This document shows positions 9,433 to 19,469 of a stretch of DNA of 64,000 nucleotides, piece by piece. The notes beneath the pieces are model-generated. The model was not told the origin of the DNA, searched no databases, and was given only the letters and a program-made list of their open reading frames with translations. Source of the DNA: Phycisphaerales bacterium (lineage in GTDB: Bacteria; Planctomycetota; Phycisphaerae; UBA1845); NCBI GenBank assembly GCA_003597935.1, contig QZJT01000059.1, positions 1 to 64,000 of the forward strand, read 5' to 3'. Position 1 is the first letter of the stretch, and every line of letters begins with the position of its first letter. The translations under genes and the position numbers were made by a program.

Positions 9433-9999
9433 ATGTTCGCTCGCCTGCTGCTTTTGTTCACCGTCGTTCCGTTGGTGGAGCTGATGATCCTGCTGCGGCT
9501 GGGCGAGTGGATGGGCTGGCAGTCCACGCTCGGCCTGGTGCTGCTGACCGGGGTGATCGGCGCGGCCCTGGCGCGGCGGGAGGGGTTTCGGACGCTGTCG
9601 CGGATTCGGGGGGAACTGTCGCGCGGGGCGACCCCGGCCGGTGAACTGGTGGACGCGGCCATGATCTTCGTAGCCGCCGCGCTGCTGGTCACGCCGGGCG
9701 TCCTGACGGACCTGGCCGGGTTCCTGCTCCTGATCCGGCCGTGCCGACGGGGTCTGCGGGCCTGGCTGGGGCGGCGCTTCGCAGAGCGAATCAGGATCGT
9801 ACACGAGAGCAGTGTCGCCCACAGCGGCGGGTACGGTAGCGGCGGGTTCGGCGACGGCGGCTACGGCAGCAGCGAGCACCACGGCGCTGGAGCGCATAGC
9901 GGCGAGCAACGCGCCGGCGGGCAGCAAGGGGGTAGGACGCCCCGCGTCGAGATCATCGATGTCGAGGCGACGTCAAATGGAGCAACGGACACCGGGTGA
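9433..9999 (+). CDS. fxsA: FxsA family cytoplasmic membrane protein
   Basis: MFARLLLLFTVVPLVELMILLRLGEWMGWQSTLGLVLLTGVIGAALARREG matches the FxsA N-terminal signature. Gly-rich C-terminal tail. Confidence 0.8.
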   Translation: MFARLLLLFTVVPLVELMILLRLGEWMGWQSTLGLVLLTGVIGAALARREGFRTLSRIRGELSRGATPAGELVDAAMIFVAAALLVTPGVLTDLAGFLLLIRPCRRGLRAWLGRRFAERIRIVHESSVAHSGGYGSGGFGDGGYGSSEHHGAGAHSGEQRAGGQQGGRTPRVEIIDVEATSNGATDTG

Positions 10000-10024
10000 A
10001 TGGCCAGCAGGGACCTAATGGACG

Positions 10025-10203
10025 GCATGGACTCTATGGACAGTATGGACTTCATGGACAATATGGACAATATGGACTTTATAGACTCAATGGACTGACT
10101 GGACGCCGTGACTCCTGTCCATCCTGTCCATCAAGTCCATACTGTCCATAGAGTCCATGCTGTCCACGAAGCTCATTCGGCCCATGCCGCCCATCACCCG
10201 GGC
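10025..10203. repeat. Nonamer array with an ATGGAC core: about 10 direct NNNATGGAC units followed by about 9 inverted NNNGTCCAT units, giving a 180-bp imperfect palindrome
   Basis: ggcatggactctatggacagtatggacttcatggacaatatggacaatatggac ... ctgtccatcctgtccatcaagtccatactgtccatagagtccatgctgtccac. Confidence 0.85.
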
Positions 10204-10627
10204 CACACTCACAGGAGCTACTGCTTTGCCCTGGTTGCGAACTGCCGCCGTCAATGGGTTTCTCGCCGTCGCGGGCGGGGCCTTTGCGGCCCACGGCCTC
10301 AAGAGCGCGCTCGACGCGGACATGCTGGCCATCTTCGAGACCGCCGCCCGCTACCAGATGTACCACGCCCTGGCGCTGCTGGCGGTGGCGTGGCTCGCGG
10401 CTGCCCGCCCCGGCGGGGCGATCGGCTGGTCGGGCCGCCTGTTCCTGGCGGGCATCGTGCTCTTCAGCGGCAGCCTGTACGCCCACGCCCTCACCGGCGC
10501 ACGCGTGCTCGCCCTCATCACTCCGATCGGCGGCGCGGCCTTACTGGCCGGATGGGTTTGCCTGTTCGCCGCCGCCCGTGGTACGTTTCAGTCCGGCGGG
10601 GCGCAGGGAACGCCGCCGGCGCTTTGA
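10193..10627 (+). CDS. DUF423 (YgdD/TMEM256-like) membrane protein
   Basis: AHGLKSALDADMLAIFETAARYQMYHALALLAVAW is a DUF423-like motif. Four TM helices. Start is uncertain; 10157 is an alternative that lies inside the array. Confidence 0.75.
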   Translation: MTRATLTGATALPWLRTAAVNGFLAVAGGAFAAHGLKSALDADMLAIFETAARYQMYHALALLAVAWLAAARPGGAIGWSGRLFLAGIVLFSGSLYAHALTGARVLALITPIGGAALLAGWVCLFAAARGTFQSGGAQGTPPAL

Positions 10628-10816
10628 GCCACCGGCGCGAACCCGGAAGGCAAGCCCGCGGCCCCTGAAAACGCCGCGCGCCCGGAGCAATAGCATGCGC
10701 CGTGTTCCCCTTCGGCGCGCTGTTGGAAAACGCCGCGCGCGCCCGGGGCGACCTGCATCGGCCGCCTGGGCGATTTGACCGACCACGGGAGGGCCGCGCG
10801 TGCGCTCGGAGCGACC

Positions 10817-11107
10817 ATGACCTTCGACGAACGGGAAGTACGGCGGGTGGCGGAACTGGCGGCGCTCACGCTGACGGAGGAAGAAGTGACGCTCTTCGCG
10901 GAGCAGATCGGCCGCATCCTGACCTACGTGCAGAAGCTGCAGGAGGTGGACACCACCGGCGTCGAGCCGACGCTGGAGGGCGGCGTGCCCATCGAGTCGC
11001 TGCGGCCGGACGAGGTGCGGCCGTCCCTGCCGCACGAGCAGGCACTTTGCAATGCGCCGGACGCGCAGGACGGGATGTTCCGCGTGCCAAAGGTGCTCGA
11101 CCAATAA
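10817..11107 (+). CDS. gatC: Asp-tRNA(Asn)/Glu-tRNA(Gln) amidotransferase subunit C
   Basis: 97 aa. MTFDEREVRRVAELAALTLTEEEV...FAEQIGRILTYVQKLQEVDTTGVEPT is GatC-like. Confidence 0.85.
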   Translation: MTFDEREVRRVAELAALTLTEEEVTLFAEQIGRILTYVQKLQEVDTTGVEPTLEGGVPIESLRPDEVRPSLPHEQALCNAPDAQDGMFRVPKVLDQ

Positions 11108-11229
11108 ACGAACGGGCGGCCTCGGAGGGCGCTCACGTCGGCTTGCGCGATTCGCAGTCTCCGCCAGAAGCAACCTCCGCGCGGCTTGGAGCCCGCGGCT
11201 TGCTCCCCGCCCATCATCGCGCAAGGCGT

Positions 11230-12566
11230 CTAACCGCAGTCCACCTCCACGCCCTCGACGCAGCCGGGCGGCTGGATGAGTTGGACGCGCCGGGCGCCGG
11301 ACTGGTTGTGGAAGACACGCTTCGCCTTGCGGCCGTCGATGACGATGTCCGCCGGCTGCCCGTTGACGGCGATCGTCACCGATTCTCCATCGTGCTCGCG
11401 CGTGTTCAGCCTCACCGTGACGGTAAGGCCGCCGCGCCGGCACCTGGCTTTCAGTTTCTTCACGTGGTCGCAGGGGATGCCCCCCTCCGGCGACGTGAAC
11501 CAGGGGCGGCTGAAGGGGGACTCCAGCATGAAGTCCAGCAGCAGGCGTCCGACCTTCTCGACGCCCGACGGCGACGGGTGCGTCCCGTCGTCGCGCAGGT
11601 CTTCGCACCGCCAGATCAAGCCGTCGGATCGCGGCTTCAGGCCGTCCGCCCACAGATAGGCGCCCCAGGCCATCCAGGGCGCGGCGGCGTTGTAGTCGAG
11701 GTCTCCGGCGATCGGGTCGATCCCCCCCCCGGCCATCTGGCGGATCTGGGCCTCGACCAGCCACTTGACGGTGAAGCCCGACTCGTACGCGTACGGCTCG
11801 GGATTGAGCGGGGTGGAGGCGTACCCGGCGTAAATGCGGCTGGAATGAAAAACCACCTGCACGTTCGGATACCGCTGGTTCAGCGCCCGCGCGATGCCGC
11901 CCATGTAGCCCAGCAGGCGGAACGCGTCGGCGTCCGGGGCGGGCAGCGACACGCGCGGCGCGGCGTTCGCCACCTTGACCCACACGGCCTGCACCTGTGC
12001 TTCCGTGACGCCTTCGCGGGCCAGCCGCGTGTCGCGGACGCGGTCATAGTTCGGATCGTCCGGCGAGTCCCACGTCTGCGCGGTCTGCCCCCCGGCCGCG
12101 CCGTCCACGATCATCAGGGTGGCGTGATTCACCCGCGGATCCGCGGTCGCCTGCGCCTCGAAGCTGCCGGGCTGGCACGGATTGCCGCCGCAGAACTCCT
12201 GCGTGGTGTTCGACATCCCGATGGAGAGCAGCACGATCTTCCCGGCCGGGTCCGGCCGGCCGTCGGCATCCAGCGGCTGGACGTTCAGAGCGCGGCGGAG
12301 ACCTTCGGCGGCGTGCGGCGTCGGCGGCTCGTTCAAGCCGTCGGGGTAGAGGCCGCCCGGGTAGCGGCCCAGGTAGAGGCCGCGGCCGAGGTCGTTGACG
12401 GGAGTCAGGCCCACCGACGTACGCTCGCAGTCCGAGGCGGCGCATGGGCGGGCCGGGCCTGAGCCCAAGAGCAGCGTTGCGAATAGCGCCGCCGCAGCCG
12501 GGCGACGCACACCGCAGTGCCATTTCACTTTGAGGCGGGCAGCACAAGCACAACGCGACGTGGGCA
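11230..12566 (-). CDS. Secreted protein, possibly esterase/SGNH-like (IVLLSIGMSNT), with the conserved 85-aa C-terminal CG domain
   Basis: Signal peptide (RPAAAALFATLLLGSGPARPCAA). The C-terminal 85 aa align with the 4468-5262 protein. Upstream ORF-track extension to 12882 translates the nonamer array and is rejected. Confidence 0.6.
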
Positions 12567-12647
12567 TGGTCTGTCTCCGTGTGATGGCGCCACTGTACCA
12601 ACTCGGCCGCGACGATGGGAGAGCGAGAGTCGGATCACGCACGCGCG

Positions 12648-12840
12648 GCATGGACGGCATGGACGGCATGGACGGCATGGACAGCATGGACAGCATGGAC
12701 AGCATGGACAGCAAGGACAGCATGGACTCCGGCCGCGCCGTGGATCGTCCGTGCATTCCGTGCGGTCCATTCAGTCCATCAAGTCTATTCAGTCCATCAA
12801 GTCCATTCAGTCCATCAAGTCCATTCAGTCCATCAAGTCC
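12648..12840. repeat. Nonamer array with an ATGGAC core: 10 direct units (GCATGGACG/GCATGGACA), a 35-bp spacer, then 8 inverted units (TCCATTCAG/TCCATCAAG)
   Basis: Direct reading. Same core and direct-then-inverted architecture as the 10025-10203 array. Confidence 0.85.
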
Positions 12841-12850
12841 GTCTAGCCCA

Positions 12851-15085
12851 TCAGTCCGGGCTCCCTCCCCCAGCGGGCGCATCGTCCGGCGCCGCCATGC
12901 CCAGTTCCGCCATCAGGAACGTCCATTTCATCGCGTCCTCGCGCAGGATGCCGCGGATCGGCTTGCTGGCGCCCAGGCCGGACCGGATCAGCGTGTGGCA
13001 CAGCGCCGTCGCGCCGGTCGACTTGCCCACCGCCTGCAAGCGGGCGGCCAGCTTCCAGGCGTGCAGCGTGCCGATCTGGTCGTCGGCCTGATCCGTCAGG
13101 ATCAGCGCCGACGGGTACTCTCGCCCATCCTTGACGTTGTGTGCCGGCGACAGCCGCGCCAGGCGCGAGGCGTCCGCCGGGTCCGACGGATCGCCCAGCA
13201 GGGCGTGCAGACGGCGGGCCGCCGGAACCTGGTCGAAGCGGAGCAGATCCGCCACCGGGCCGTCGAAGACCGCCGCCGCCGCCAGTTCGGGGCGGCGTGT
13301 CATCAGCGCCAGCGCCGGCAGCGACGATACGCCGGTCCCGCCAACCGCCAGCCTCTGCGGACGGGTGAACTTGTCTTCGATCAGCTTGCGGGCCGCGGCC
13401 TCGAAATCTGAGACCGACCGCTCGACCTTCGCCCCCAGTCCGGCACGGCGCCAGTCGCGATCGCCGGTGTTGTCGCCGCGCGTGCGGGCGATGGCGATGA
13501 CGCCGCCCCGCTGCACCCACGGGATCATGGACGCGTCGAAGGCGGGTGGATCGGTCGCCGGATCCTCCTTGTAGGGTCGCAGCAGCGTCGGGTTGTTACC
13601 GTCGCGCTGAAGGTCCTTGCGGTGCACCAGTCGGATGGGGATGACCGTGCCGTCGTCGGCCCTCGCTTCGATCTCGTAGTCGGCGTAAAGGCTGGTGTCG
13701 GCCTTCACCTCCCGCTGCCAGTAGCGCTCCAGCGCCCGGTCGCGGATGTTGTAGCGGTAGTTGGCGGGCGGCGTGTCGAACGCCTCGCAGGCGATGTACA
13801 CGTCCGGGTCGTTCCAGTGACCGTGCAGGTCGGTGACCACCAAACCCGGGGGAAGAGGGATCTCCAGGATGAACTCCCCGCCCAGGGTGTACACGTGCAG
13901 TTTCGAATAGCCGTCCTCGGTGTAGTGAAGCACCAGCTTGCGGTTGGCGATCAGGAGCGACCGCAGCACCCCGCTGCGCTGCGGAATCACCTCATTCCAG
14001 CGCGCCCGGTCCAGCTCGGTGGCCGGCGTCGAGAGCAACCGTCCGCGCGGCGCCTGATCATCGGTCAGAATGAAGACCCGCCCTTCGAAGACGTCGACCT
14101 CGAAGCGGGCGTCCACGCCCTTGACCAGCGGCACGAAGCCCTGCTCCGACGGGCACGGCCGCAGGAAGACGTCGTGGCTCAACTCGTCGCGCGACGCGCG
14201 GACGATGGTGTAGAGCGTGTCCGCGGAGGCGCTCACCTCCAGGCTGGTCCGCGGGTCGTCCGCCGTGAACACGACGCGATCGCGGCCGGCCGCCCCGCCG
14301 CTGCGGTGATAGACGACGTGCTGCAGTTGCAAGTCCGTCGTCTCGAGGTCGTCGCCTGCGTCGCCCGGGCGGGGCGGGGCGCCACGGCGCACGTAATGGT
14401 AGCCGCGCTGATCCGGGTCCCACGCCAGGTAGAACGTGGACGGGCGACCCGCGGTGACGTTCTCGAAGATCCGCGTGTGGTAGGGGTTGCACACCTGCCT
14501 GGAGAGATAGACCTCGGAGGCGTGATCCAGCCCGCTGGTCAGATCGCGGATCATGACGTTGCTGGCGTCGTCACCCCTCCGCGATGTCCCGTAGGCCACG
14601 GTGGCGCCGTCCCACGTGGGAAAGGCCCAGTCGATCGAGACCGACCCGTCGCGGCTGAGGACGTTCGGATCCAGCACCACGCGGTCTTCGCCCATCACGC
14701 CGCCGGCGCGCCGGATGTAGAGCGGCTGATCCTGCAGGCCGCGGCGCTTCCAGAGGAAATACTGGCTGCCGTAACGTTGCGGCGCCGACTCCGAGTCGCT
14801 GTCGAACAGCGCCTCCAGCTCGCTGAGGACCGCCGAATGAGTGGCGGCGTAGCGACCGAGAAACTGCCGCACCTCCGCGTTCTGTGCCGCCACCCACGTG
14901 ATGACTTCCGTCGTTCCGGCCTCTTCCAGCCATTGATAGGGGTCGGCGACGCGGGCCCGGCCGGCGTCGATCGTCGCGTCCACCACCCGGGTGGCAGGGG
15001 GGGCGGCCGCCGCCGGCGCGCCGATGAGCAACGCCGTCGCCAGCACGGTGCGGTATCCTCCGATGAACTCTTCTGCACTTCGCAT
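12851..15085 (-). CDS. Prolyl oligopeptidase (S9A) family homologue, secreted; catalytic triad apparently not conserved (probable pseudoenzyme)
   Basis: DPYQWLEE N-terminal hallmark, beta-propeller plus alpha/beta hydrolase body. Signal peptide after the ATG at 15085. Canonical GGSNGG reads GGTGVS and canonical KAGHGAG reads RSGLGAS. Confidence 0.8.
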   Translation of the reverse strand: MRSAEEFIGGYRTVLATALLIGAPAAAAPPATRVVDATIDAGRARVADPYQWLEEAGTTEVITWVAAQNAEVRQFLGRYAATHSAVLSELEALFDSDSESAPQRYGSQYFLWKRRGLQDQPLYIRRAGGVMGEDRVVLDPNVLSRDGSVSIDWAFPTWDGATVAYGTSRRGDDASNVMIRDLTSGLDHASEVYLSRQVCNPYHTRIFENVTAGRPSTFYLAWDPDQRGYHYVRRGAPPRPGDAGDDLETTDLQLQHVVYHRSGGAAGRDRVVFTADDPRTSLEVSASADTLYTIVRASRDELSHDVFLRPCPSEQGFVPLVKGVDARFEVDVFEGRVFILTDDQAPRGRLLSTPATELDRARWNEVIPQRSGVLRSLLIANRKLVLHYTEDGYSKLHVYTLGGEFILEIPLPPGLVVTDLHGHWNDPDVYIACEAFDTPPANYRYNIRDRALERYWQREVKADTSLYADYEIEARADDGTVIPIRLVHRKDLQRDGNNPTLLRPYKEDPATDPPAFDASMIPWVQRGGVIAIARTRGDNTGDRDWRRAGLGAKVERSVSDFEAAARKLIEDKFTRPQRLAVGGTGVSSLPALALMTRRPELAAAAVFDGPVADLLRFDQVPAARRLHALLGDPSDPADASRLARLSPAHNVKDGREYPSALILTDQADDQIGTLHAWKLAARLQAVGKSTGATALCHTLIRSGLGASKPIRGILREDAMKWTFLMAELGMAAPDDAPAGGGSPD

Positions 15086-15308
15086 GATGGTCTGTATTCT
15101 CCCGCGACGAGGCGAGCGGCCGCGCCGCGGCCGCCCTGTGGACCGCCCCGGCCTGCCCCGTCCGTCCGTCAGAGCATCGCCGGACTCCGGACGGACAAGT
15201 GTATCGCCGGCCCAGGTGTCCCTGAACCGCGGTATCGTCCAGCGCGGACCGTACCGCAGCATCGACCCTTCACGACCGTCGTCTTGACCGACTTTCCGGC
15301 CGCCCCTT

Positions 15309-16400
15309 ATGTTATCGCCCTGCATGGCTTTGACGATCGAGCACCTTCACGGCGCCGCCCTGATCACGGGCGCGACCGGGCTTCTGGGCAGCCATATCGC
15401 CGAGCAGCTCCGAAACCGCGGCGTCCCGGTGGTCGCCCTGACCCGACCGGACAGCGATACGTCATTCCTGAAAGAGATAGGCGTCCGATGCGCCCAAGGC
15501 GACCTGTCGGACCCGGCGTCGATCGCCCGGGCGATGAAGGGCATCGACACCGTCTACCACGCCGCCGCCCGCGTCGGCGATTGGGGACCGTGGGACGAGT
15601 TCGTCCGCTTTACGATCGATGGGACGCGCAACGTGCTCGACGCCGCCCGCGCGGCCGGCGTCCGGCGCTTCGTCCACGTCAGTTCGATCAGCGCCTACGG
15701 CCACGTCAACGAACCCGGGCGGGTGCTGGACGAGTCCGCGCCGCTGGGACGCAGTGTCGGCCGCTGGTCCTACTACACCCGTGCCAAGGTGGAGGCGGAA
15801 AGAATCGTCTGGCAGGCGCACGCTTCCGGCGGGCTGACCGTCTCGGTGATCCGTCCGAGCTGGCTCTACGGGCCGCGCGACCGGGCGACGCTCGCACGTC
15901 TCATCACCGCCATCCGGCGGCGGAAGGCGAAGCTGCTCGGTGACGGCGAGAACCGCCTGAACGTCGTCCACGCCGCCAACGTGGCCGAGGCGTGCATCCT
16001 GGCCGCCTGCTCCGAGCGCGCCGCGGGACAAGCCTACAACGTCTGTCACGACGGCGTGCTGACGCAGCGGCGGTACTTCAACGCCGTCGCGGCCGCGCTG
16101 GGCGAACCGCAGATCACGGCATCCGTGCCCTACGGCATCGCATATCGGGCCGCGTTCCTCATGGAGTGCGCGGGCCACCTGCTGAGATCCCGCAAGCCGC
16201 CGCTGGTCACCCGCTATTCGGTCTGGCTGATGGGCCGGCGCTGCTTCTTCGAGTGCCACAAGATCAAAGAGCAGCTCGGCTGGTCGTCGAGCATCGGCTA
16301 CGAAGAGGGCATCCCGGCCGCGGTCGAAGACTGTCTGTCGCGGATGGACGCGCCCGGAGCACGCGCGGAAAAACGCGCCCCCGCGGACGTGGCGGCGTAG
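15309..16400 (+). CDS. NAD-dependent epimerase/dehydratase (extended SDR) family protein
   Basis: ITGATGLLGSHIA Rossmann motif; YxxxK (YYTRAK). Confidence 0.85.
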   Translation: MLSPCMALTIEHLHGAALITGATGLLGSHIAEQLRNRGVPVVALTRPDSDTSFLKEIGVRCAQGDLSDPASIARAMKGIDTVYHAAARVGDWGPWDEFVRFTIDGTRNVLDAARAAGVRRFVHVSSISAYGHVNEPGRVLDESAPLGRSVGRWSYYTRAKVEAERIVWQAHASGGLTVSVIRPSWLYGPRDRATLARLITAIRRRKAKLLGDGENRLNVVHAANVAEACILAACSERAAGQAYNVCHDGVLTQRRYFNAVAAALGEPQITASVPYGIAYRAAFLMECAGHLLRSRKPPLVTRYSVWLMGRRCFFECHKIKEQLGWSSSIGYEEGIPAAVEDCLSRMDAPGARAEKRAPADVAA

Positions 16401-16404
16401 CGCG

Positions 16405-17763
16405 TCAGTGTCCATCGCCGCTCGACGGACTTGGCTTGGTCTGTGTGTGGCCAGCCGCTTCCCCGCCGTTCCCCGTGATGTTCGCGGCGATGGCTTTGGT
16501 CAGCGAACGCATGTCGATCCCCAGCACGCCCTCCAGCGTCGCCAGCGATTCGGACAGCATCCGCGCCCGGCTCAGCGCCGCGCCGGCGACCGCTTGGCCA
16601 CTGCCCCCGTCGATCACCGTCACGTTGCCCAGGTTGACGCCGCTGACCGTCTTGGTCAGTTCCCGCACGACGTCCGGCAGCATCTCTGCCAGCATGACCT
16701 TCAGGGCGTCCGGGTGCTGTTCGATGGCGCGGCCGATCTGTTCGATCGCCGCGGCGCGGGCCTTGCCCTCTTCCAGCACGGTCGCGGCCACCCCTTCCGC
16801 CTTCGCCTTGGCGACGTCGCGGGCGACGTTGGCCTGCTTGATCTGGGTGGCGACCAGACGGGCTTCCTCGGCCTCGGCCGCGGCCCGCTGCCACTCAGCT
16901 TCCTTCAGTTCCGCCTGGGCGGCCAGTTCCGCCTTGCGGATGCGCAACGCGTTGTCGGCGTCGGCGATGGCCTTTTCCGCCGCAAGGCGCGCCTCTTCGG
17001 ACTTCTGATGACCGGCCGCCTCGGAGGTGCGGGCTTCGGCCTCGCGCTCGGCCTGGGCCGTGCGGGCGTGGGCCTGAAATTCCGCCTCCTTGATGTCCGC
17101 CTCGGCCTTGCGCTCGGCCTCATACTTACGAGCGCTGGCGCGGACCTGGGCCGACGCCTTGCGGGCGATGGATTCGAGATACTGGTCCTCGTCGTGGACG
17201 TTCTGAATGTTGACGCTGTCGATGAGCATCCCCAGCTTGCGGAAGTCGTCGTTGACCTCGTTCATCACGGTGGCGACGAACTTGTCGCGGTCTTCGACGA
17301 TCTCTTCCGGCGTCATCTTGCCGATCACGGCCCGAAGGCCGCCTTCCAGGGTCTCACGGGCGACGAGCTGCATCGCGGTGGGCGGATGTCCGAGGAAGCG
17401 CTCGATGGCGTTGCCGCGGGTGTCCGGCTCTGAGGAGATCTTGACGTTGGCAACGCCGGTGACGGTGATCGGGATCATCGTTCCGCCGCCGGCCTGGGCC
17501 TTGACCTCCAGCCCGACCTGCATGTTGCGCAGGCTGAGGCGATCCACCTTCTCGATGACCGGGATGCGCAGCGTCCGCCCGCCGATGAGGGTGCGATAGC
17601 CGCGTCCTTCCGTCTTTTTGCCGCTGATCACCAGCAGTTCACTGGGGTTGCCCACCACGATGAACCGCGAAACCAACCAGATCACGAAGCACGCGACCGC
17701 CAGCAGTGCGATGGCCAGCCCCCAGACCCAGGGGGGAACCTGCCCGAGAATCAACGTAATCAT
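16405..17763 (-). CDS. Flotillin / SPFH (band-7) domain protein
   Basis: N-terminal TM helix, SPFH domain, then a long EA-rich coiled coil (KAEADIKEAEFQAHARTAQAEREAEAR). Confidence 0.9.
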   Translation of the reverse strand: MITLILGQVPPWVWGLAIALLAVACFVIWLVSRFIVVGNPSELLVISGKKTEGRGYRTLIGGRTLRIPVIEKVDRLSLRNMQVGLEVKAQAGGGTMIPITVTGVANVKISSEPDTRGNAIERFLGHPPTAMQLVARETLEGGLRAVIGKMTPEEIVEDRDKFVATVMNEVNDDFRKLGMLIDSVNIQNVHDEDQYLESIARKASAQVRASARKYEAERKAEADIKEAEFQAHARTAQAEREAEARTSEAAGHQKSEEARLAAEKAIADADNALRIRKAELAAQAELKEAEWQRAAAEAEEARLVATQIKQANVARDVAKAKAEGVAATVLEEGKARAAAIEQIGRAIEQHPDALKVMLAEMLPDVVRELTKTVSGVNLGNVTVIDGGSGQAVAGAALSRARMLSESLATLEGVLGIDMRSLTKAIAANITGNGGEAAGHTQTKPSPSSGDGH

Positions 17764-18527
17764 GCCTCACCTCCCGCTTCCCCTTCGTGGAGAAACTCGT
17801 ATTCCTTCCGCGAGACGACGGTGGCCGTACCCGCGTCGTACGCCGTGATGACGACCTGCTCGCCCACTTTGAACCCCTCCGCCTGGCGCTGGGCCCTGGC
17901 CGGCACGAACCGCTCTGAATCCGCGATCTCGACCGCCACTTCACCCATGCGGCCCGGCTCGATGGCCACCGTCACGCGGCCGACGCGGCGCAGATAGTCA
18001 TCGCGCCGCACCGACGAGTCGGGGCCGCGCTGCAGACGGCGGAAGAGCTGCTGCACGCCCTGGCCCACCACCAGCCCGGAAGCCACCGACGCGATGGCGG
18101 TAGTCACTGCGCCGACGTCCGACAGGTACGTCAGGATCGTCCCTACCGCGCCGAAGGTGGCCATGAAGAAGACCAGGAATCGCAGCGACAGCCAGTTGGA
18201 CAGCGCCAGCCACTCCGAGCCGTGGTGCAGTTCGCCGGCGTGTCCGTCAGCGGTGTGTGCCTCGGCAGCGCCGGCGTCGGCCGGCGCATCCGCGCCGACG
18301 CCCGCCGCATCCAGATCGAGGTCCCCGCCGCCGGCGTCGAAATCCATCCCACCGGCCGCGTCGAGATCGACGCCTGCGGCGTCGGACTGACCGCCGAACA
18401 CCACCGAAAAGAGCATGAATCCGCCGCCGACGATCAGGCAGAACAGATACGCGGACGCCCAGCCCGACGCCTCGGCCAGGATCGCAGGCGTCGCCAGCGA
18501 GAGCGTTGCCAATACGAACAGGTCCAT
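17760..18527 (-). CDS. NfeD family membrane protein (flotillin/stomatin operon partner)
   Basis: TM helices plus a C-terminal OB-like domain. Its 4-bp overlap with the flotillin start suggests translational coupling. Confidence 0.8.
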   Translation of the reverse strand: MDLFVLATLSLATPAILAEASGWASAYLFCLIVGGGFMLFSVVFGGQSDAAGVDLDAAGGMDFDAGGGDLDLDAAGVGADAPADAGAAEAHTADGHAGELHHGSEWLALSNWLSLRFLVFFMATFGAVGTILTYLSDVGAVTTAIASVASGLVVGQGVQQLFRRLQRGPDSSVRRDDYLRRVGRVTVAIEPGRMGEVAVEIADSERFVPARAQRQAEGFKVGEQVVITAYDAGTATVVSRKEYEFLHEGEAGGEA

Positions 18528-18783
18528 TCCGACGACCTCCCGCCCCGTTGCCCCCGGCCCGCGCGGACCACCGTCCACACCTTGCTCAAGTTTACACCGG
18601 GGGGCGCGGTGTGGCCATTACAAAGAACGGCCGGCGCGGATAACCATCGGAGGGAAAGGCCAGTGACAGCCGAGCGTCAGCCATAGGGCGCGCGTGTTCC
18701 CGCGCCGCCAGCGAGCCGCGGGTTTAACGCCCGCGCGGAAGTGCGGTCCGGGGCTCCGGCTGCCCGGTTCCCCGGCTGGCGGA

Positions 18784-19290
18784 CTAATCCCCCGACCGCC
18801 CGACGCATTCGTTCGGTTCATCGATGTACGGTTCCAGCCGCAGCTCGAGCACGATCTCGTCGTGGATTTCGATGCCGTCCCGCCCCACCAGCGGGATCTG
18901 CGGCTTGATCCGCCGGGCGTCATCGACCGCGCCGACGTTGATCAGGGTCATGCGGAACCCGAGCCGTTGATAGAAGCCCATGGCACGCAGGTTGTCGTTG
19001 GTGGTGGTCAGCCACAGCCGGCTGCACCTGCGACGCCGGGCCTCGTCCATCAGGGCGAGCATGAGCGAGCCGCCGATGCGCTGGCCTTCCAGGGTGGCGT
19101 TGAGCGTGAGGATCTCGATCCCGTCGCCGTCCAGCCGGTAGGTGAGCAGGCCGACGATCTGGCCGTCGCGCCGCTCGATGAAGGCTTCTTCCTCGTGCGG
19201 CCGGTAGGCCTTGCCCCGGCTCATAACGACGCGGCTGCCCCAGTGCTTTTCGATGAAGGCCGCGACCTCGTCGCGATCGCTCTCCTGCAT
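18784..19290 (-). CDS. GNAT family N-acetyltransferase
   Basis: QRIGGSLMLALMDEARRRRCSRLWLTTTNDNLRAMGFYQRLGF acetyl-CoA-binding motif. Confidence 0.8.
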   Translation of the reverse strand: MQESDRDEVAAFIEKHWGSRVVMSRGKAYRPHEEEAFIERRDGQIVGLLTYRLDGDGIEILTLNATLEGQRIGGSLMLALMDEARRRRCSRLWLTTTNDNLRAMGFYQRLGFRMTLINVGAVDDARRIKPQIPLVGRDGIEIHDEIVLELRLEPYIDEPNECVGRSGD

Positions 19291-19469
19291 GGGCCTGCGG
19301 TCCATCAGCCGGTGGCTCCTGCCGCCCGCAGCAGCGGGTTGCGCACACGTCCGGGGCGTTCCCCGGGCCGGCCGGCGCCCGCACCGAGCGGGTTGTCGCG
19401 GCCGCCCCCTGGGTCTATAACCCCACCGCGTGTCAAGGATAGTCGATTCGCCGGAAAGCTCAAAGCGAT

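Noticed and set aside
10541-12462. Overlapping long ORFs (10541-11983 minus, 10702-12462 plus)
   Set aside because: They overlap gatC and the secreted-protein gene in other frames and strands. The translations are low-complexity and have no domain motifs.
11230-12882. ORF-track N-terminal extension (MRPLGEGARTDGLDGLDGLNGLDGLN...SMLSMLSMLSMPSMPSMP) of the secreted-protein gene
   Set aside because: The extension is the in-frame translation of the ATGGAC nonamer array. A proper signal peptide follows the internal ATG at 12566, so the upstream part is taken as non-coding repeat.
13622-15943. 773-aa plus-strand ORF
   Set aside because: It is antisense to the prolyl-oligopeptidase homologue and overlaps the epimerase gene start. 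It is a shadow ORF.
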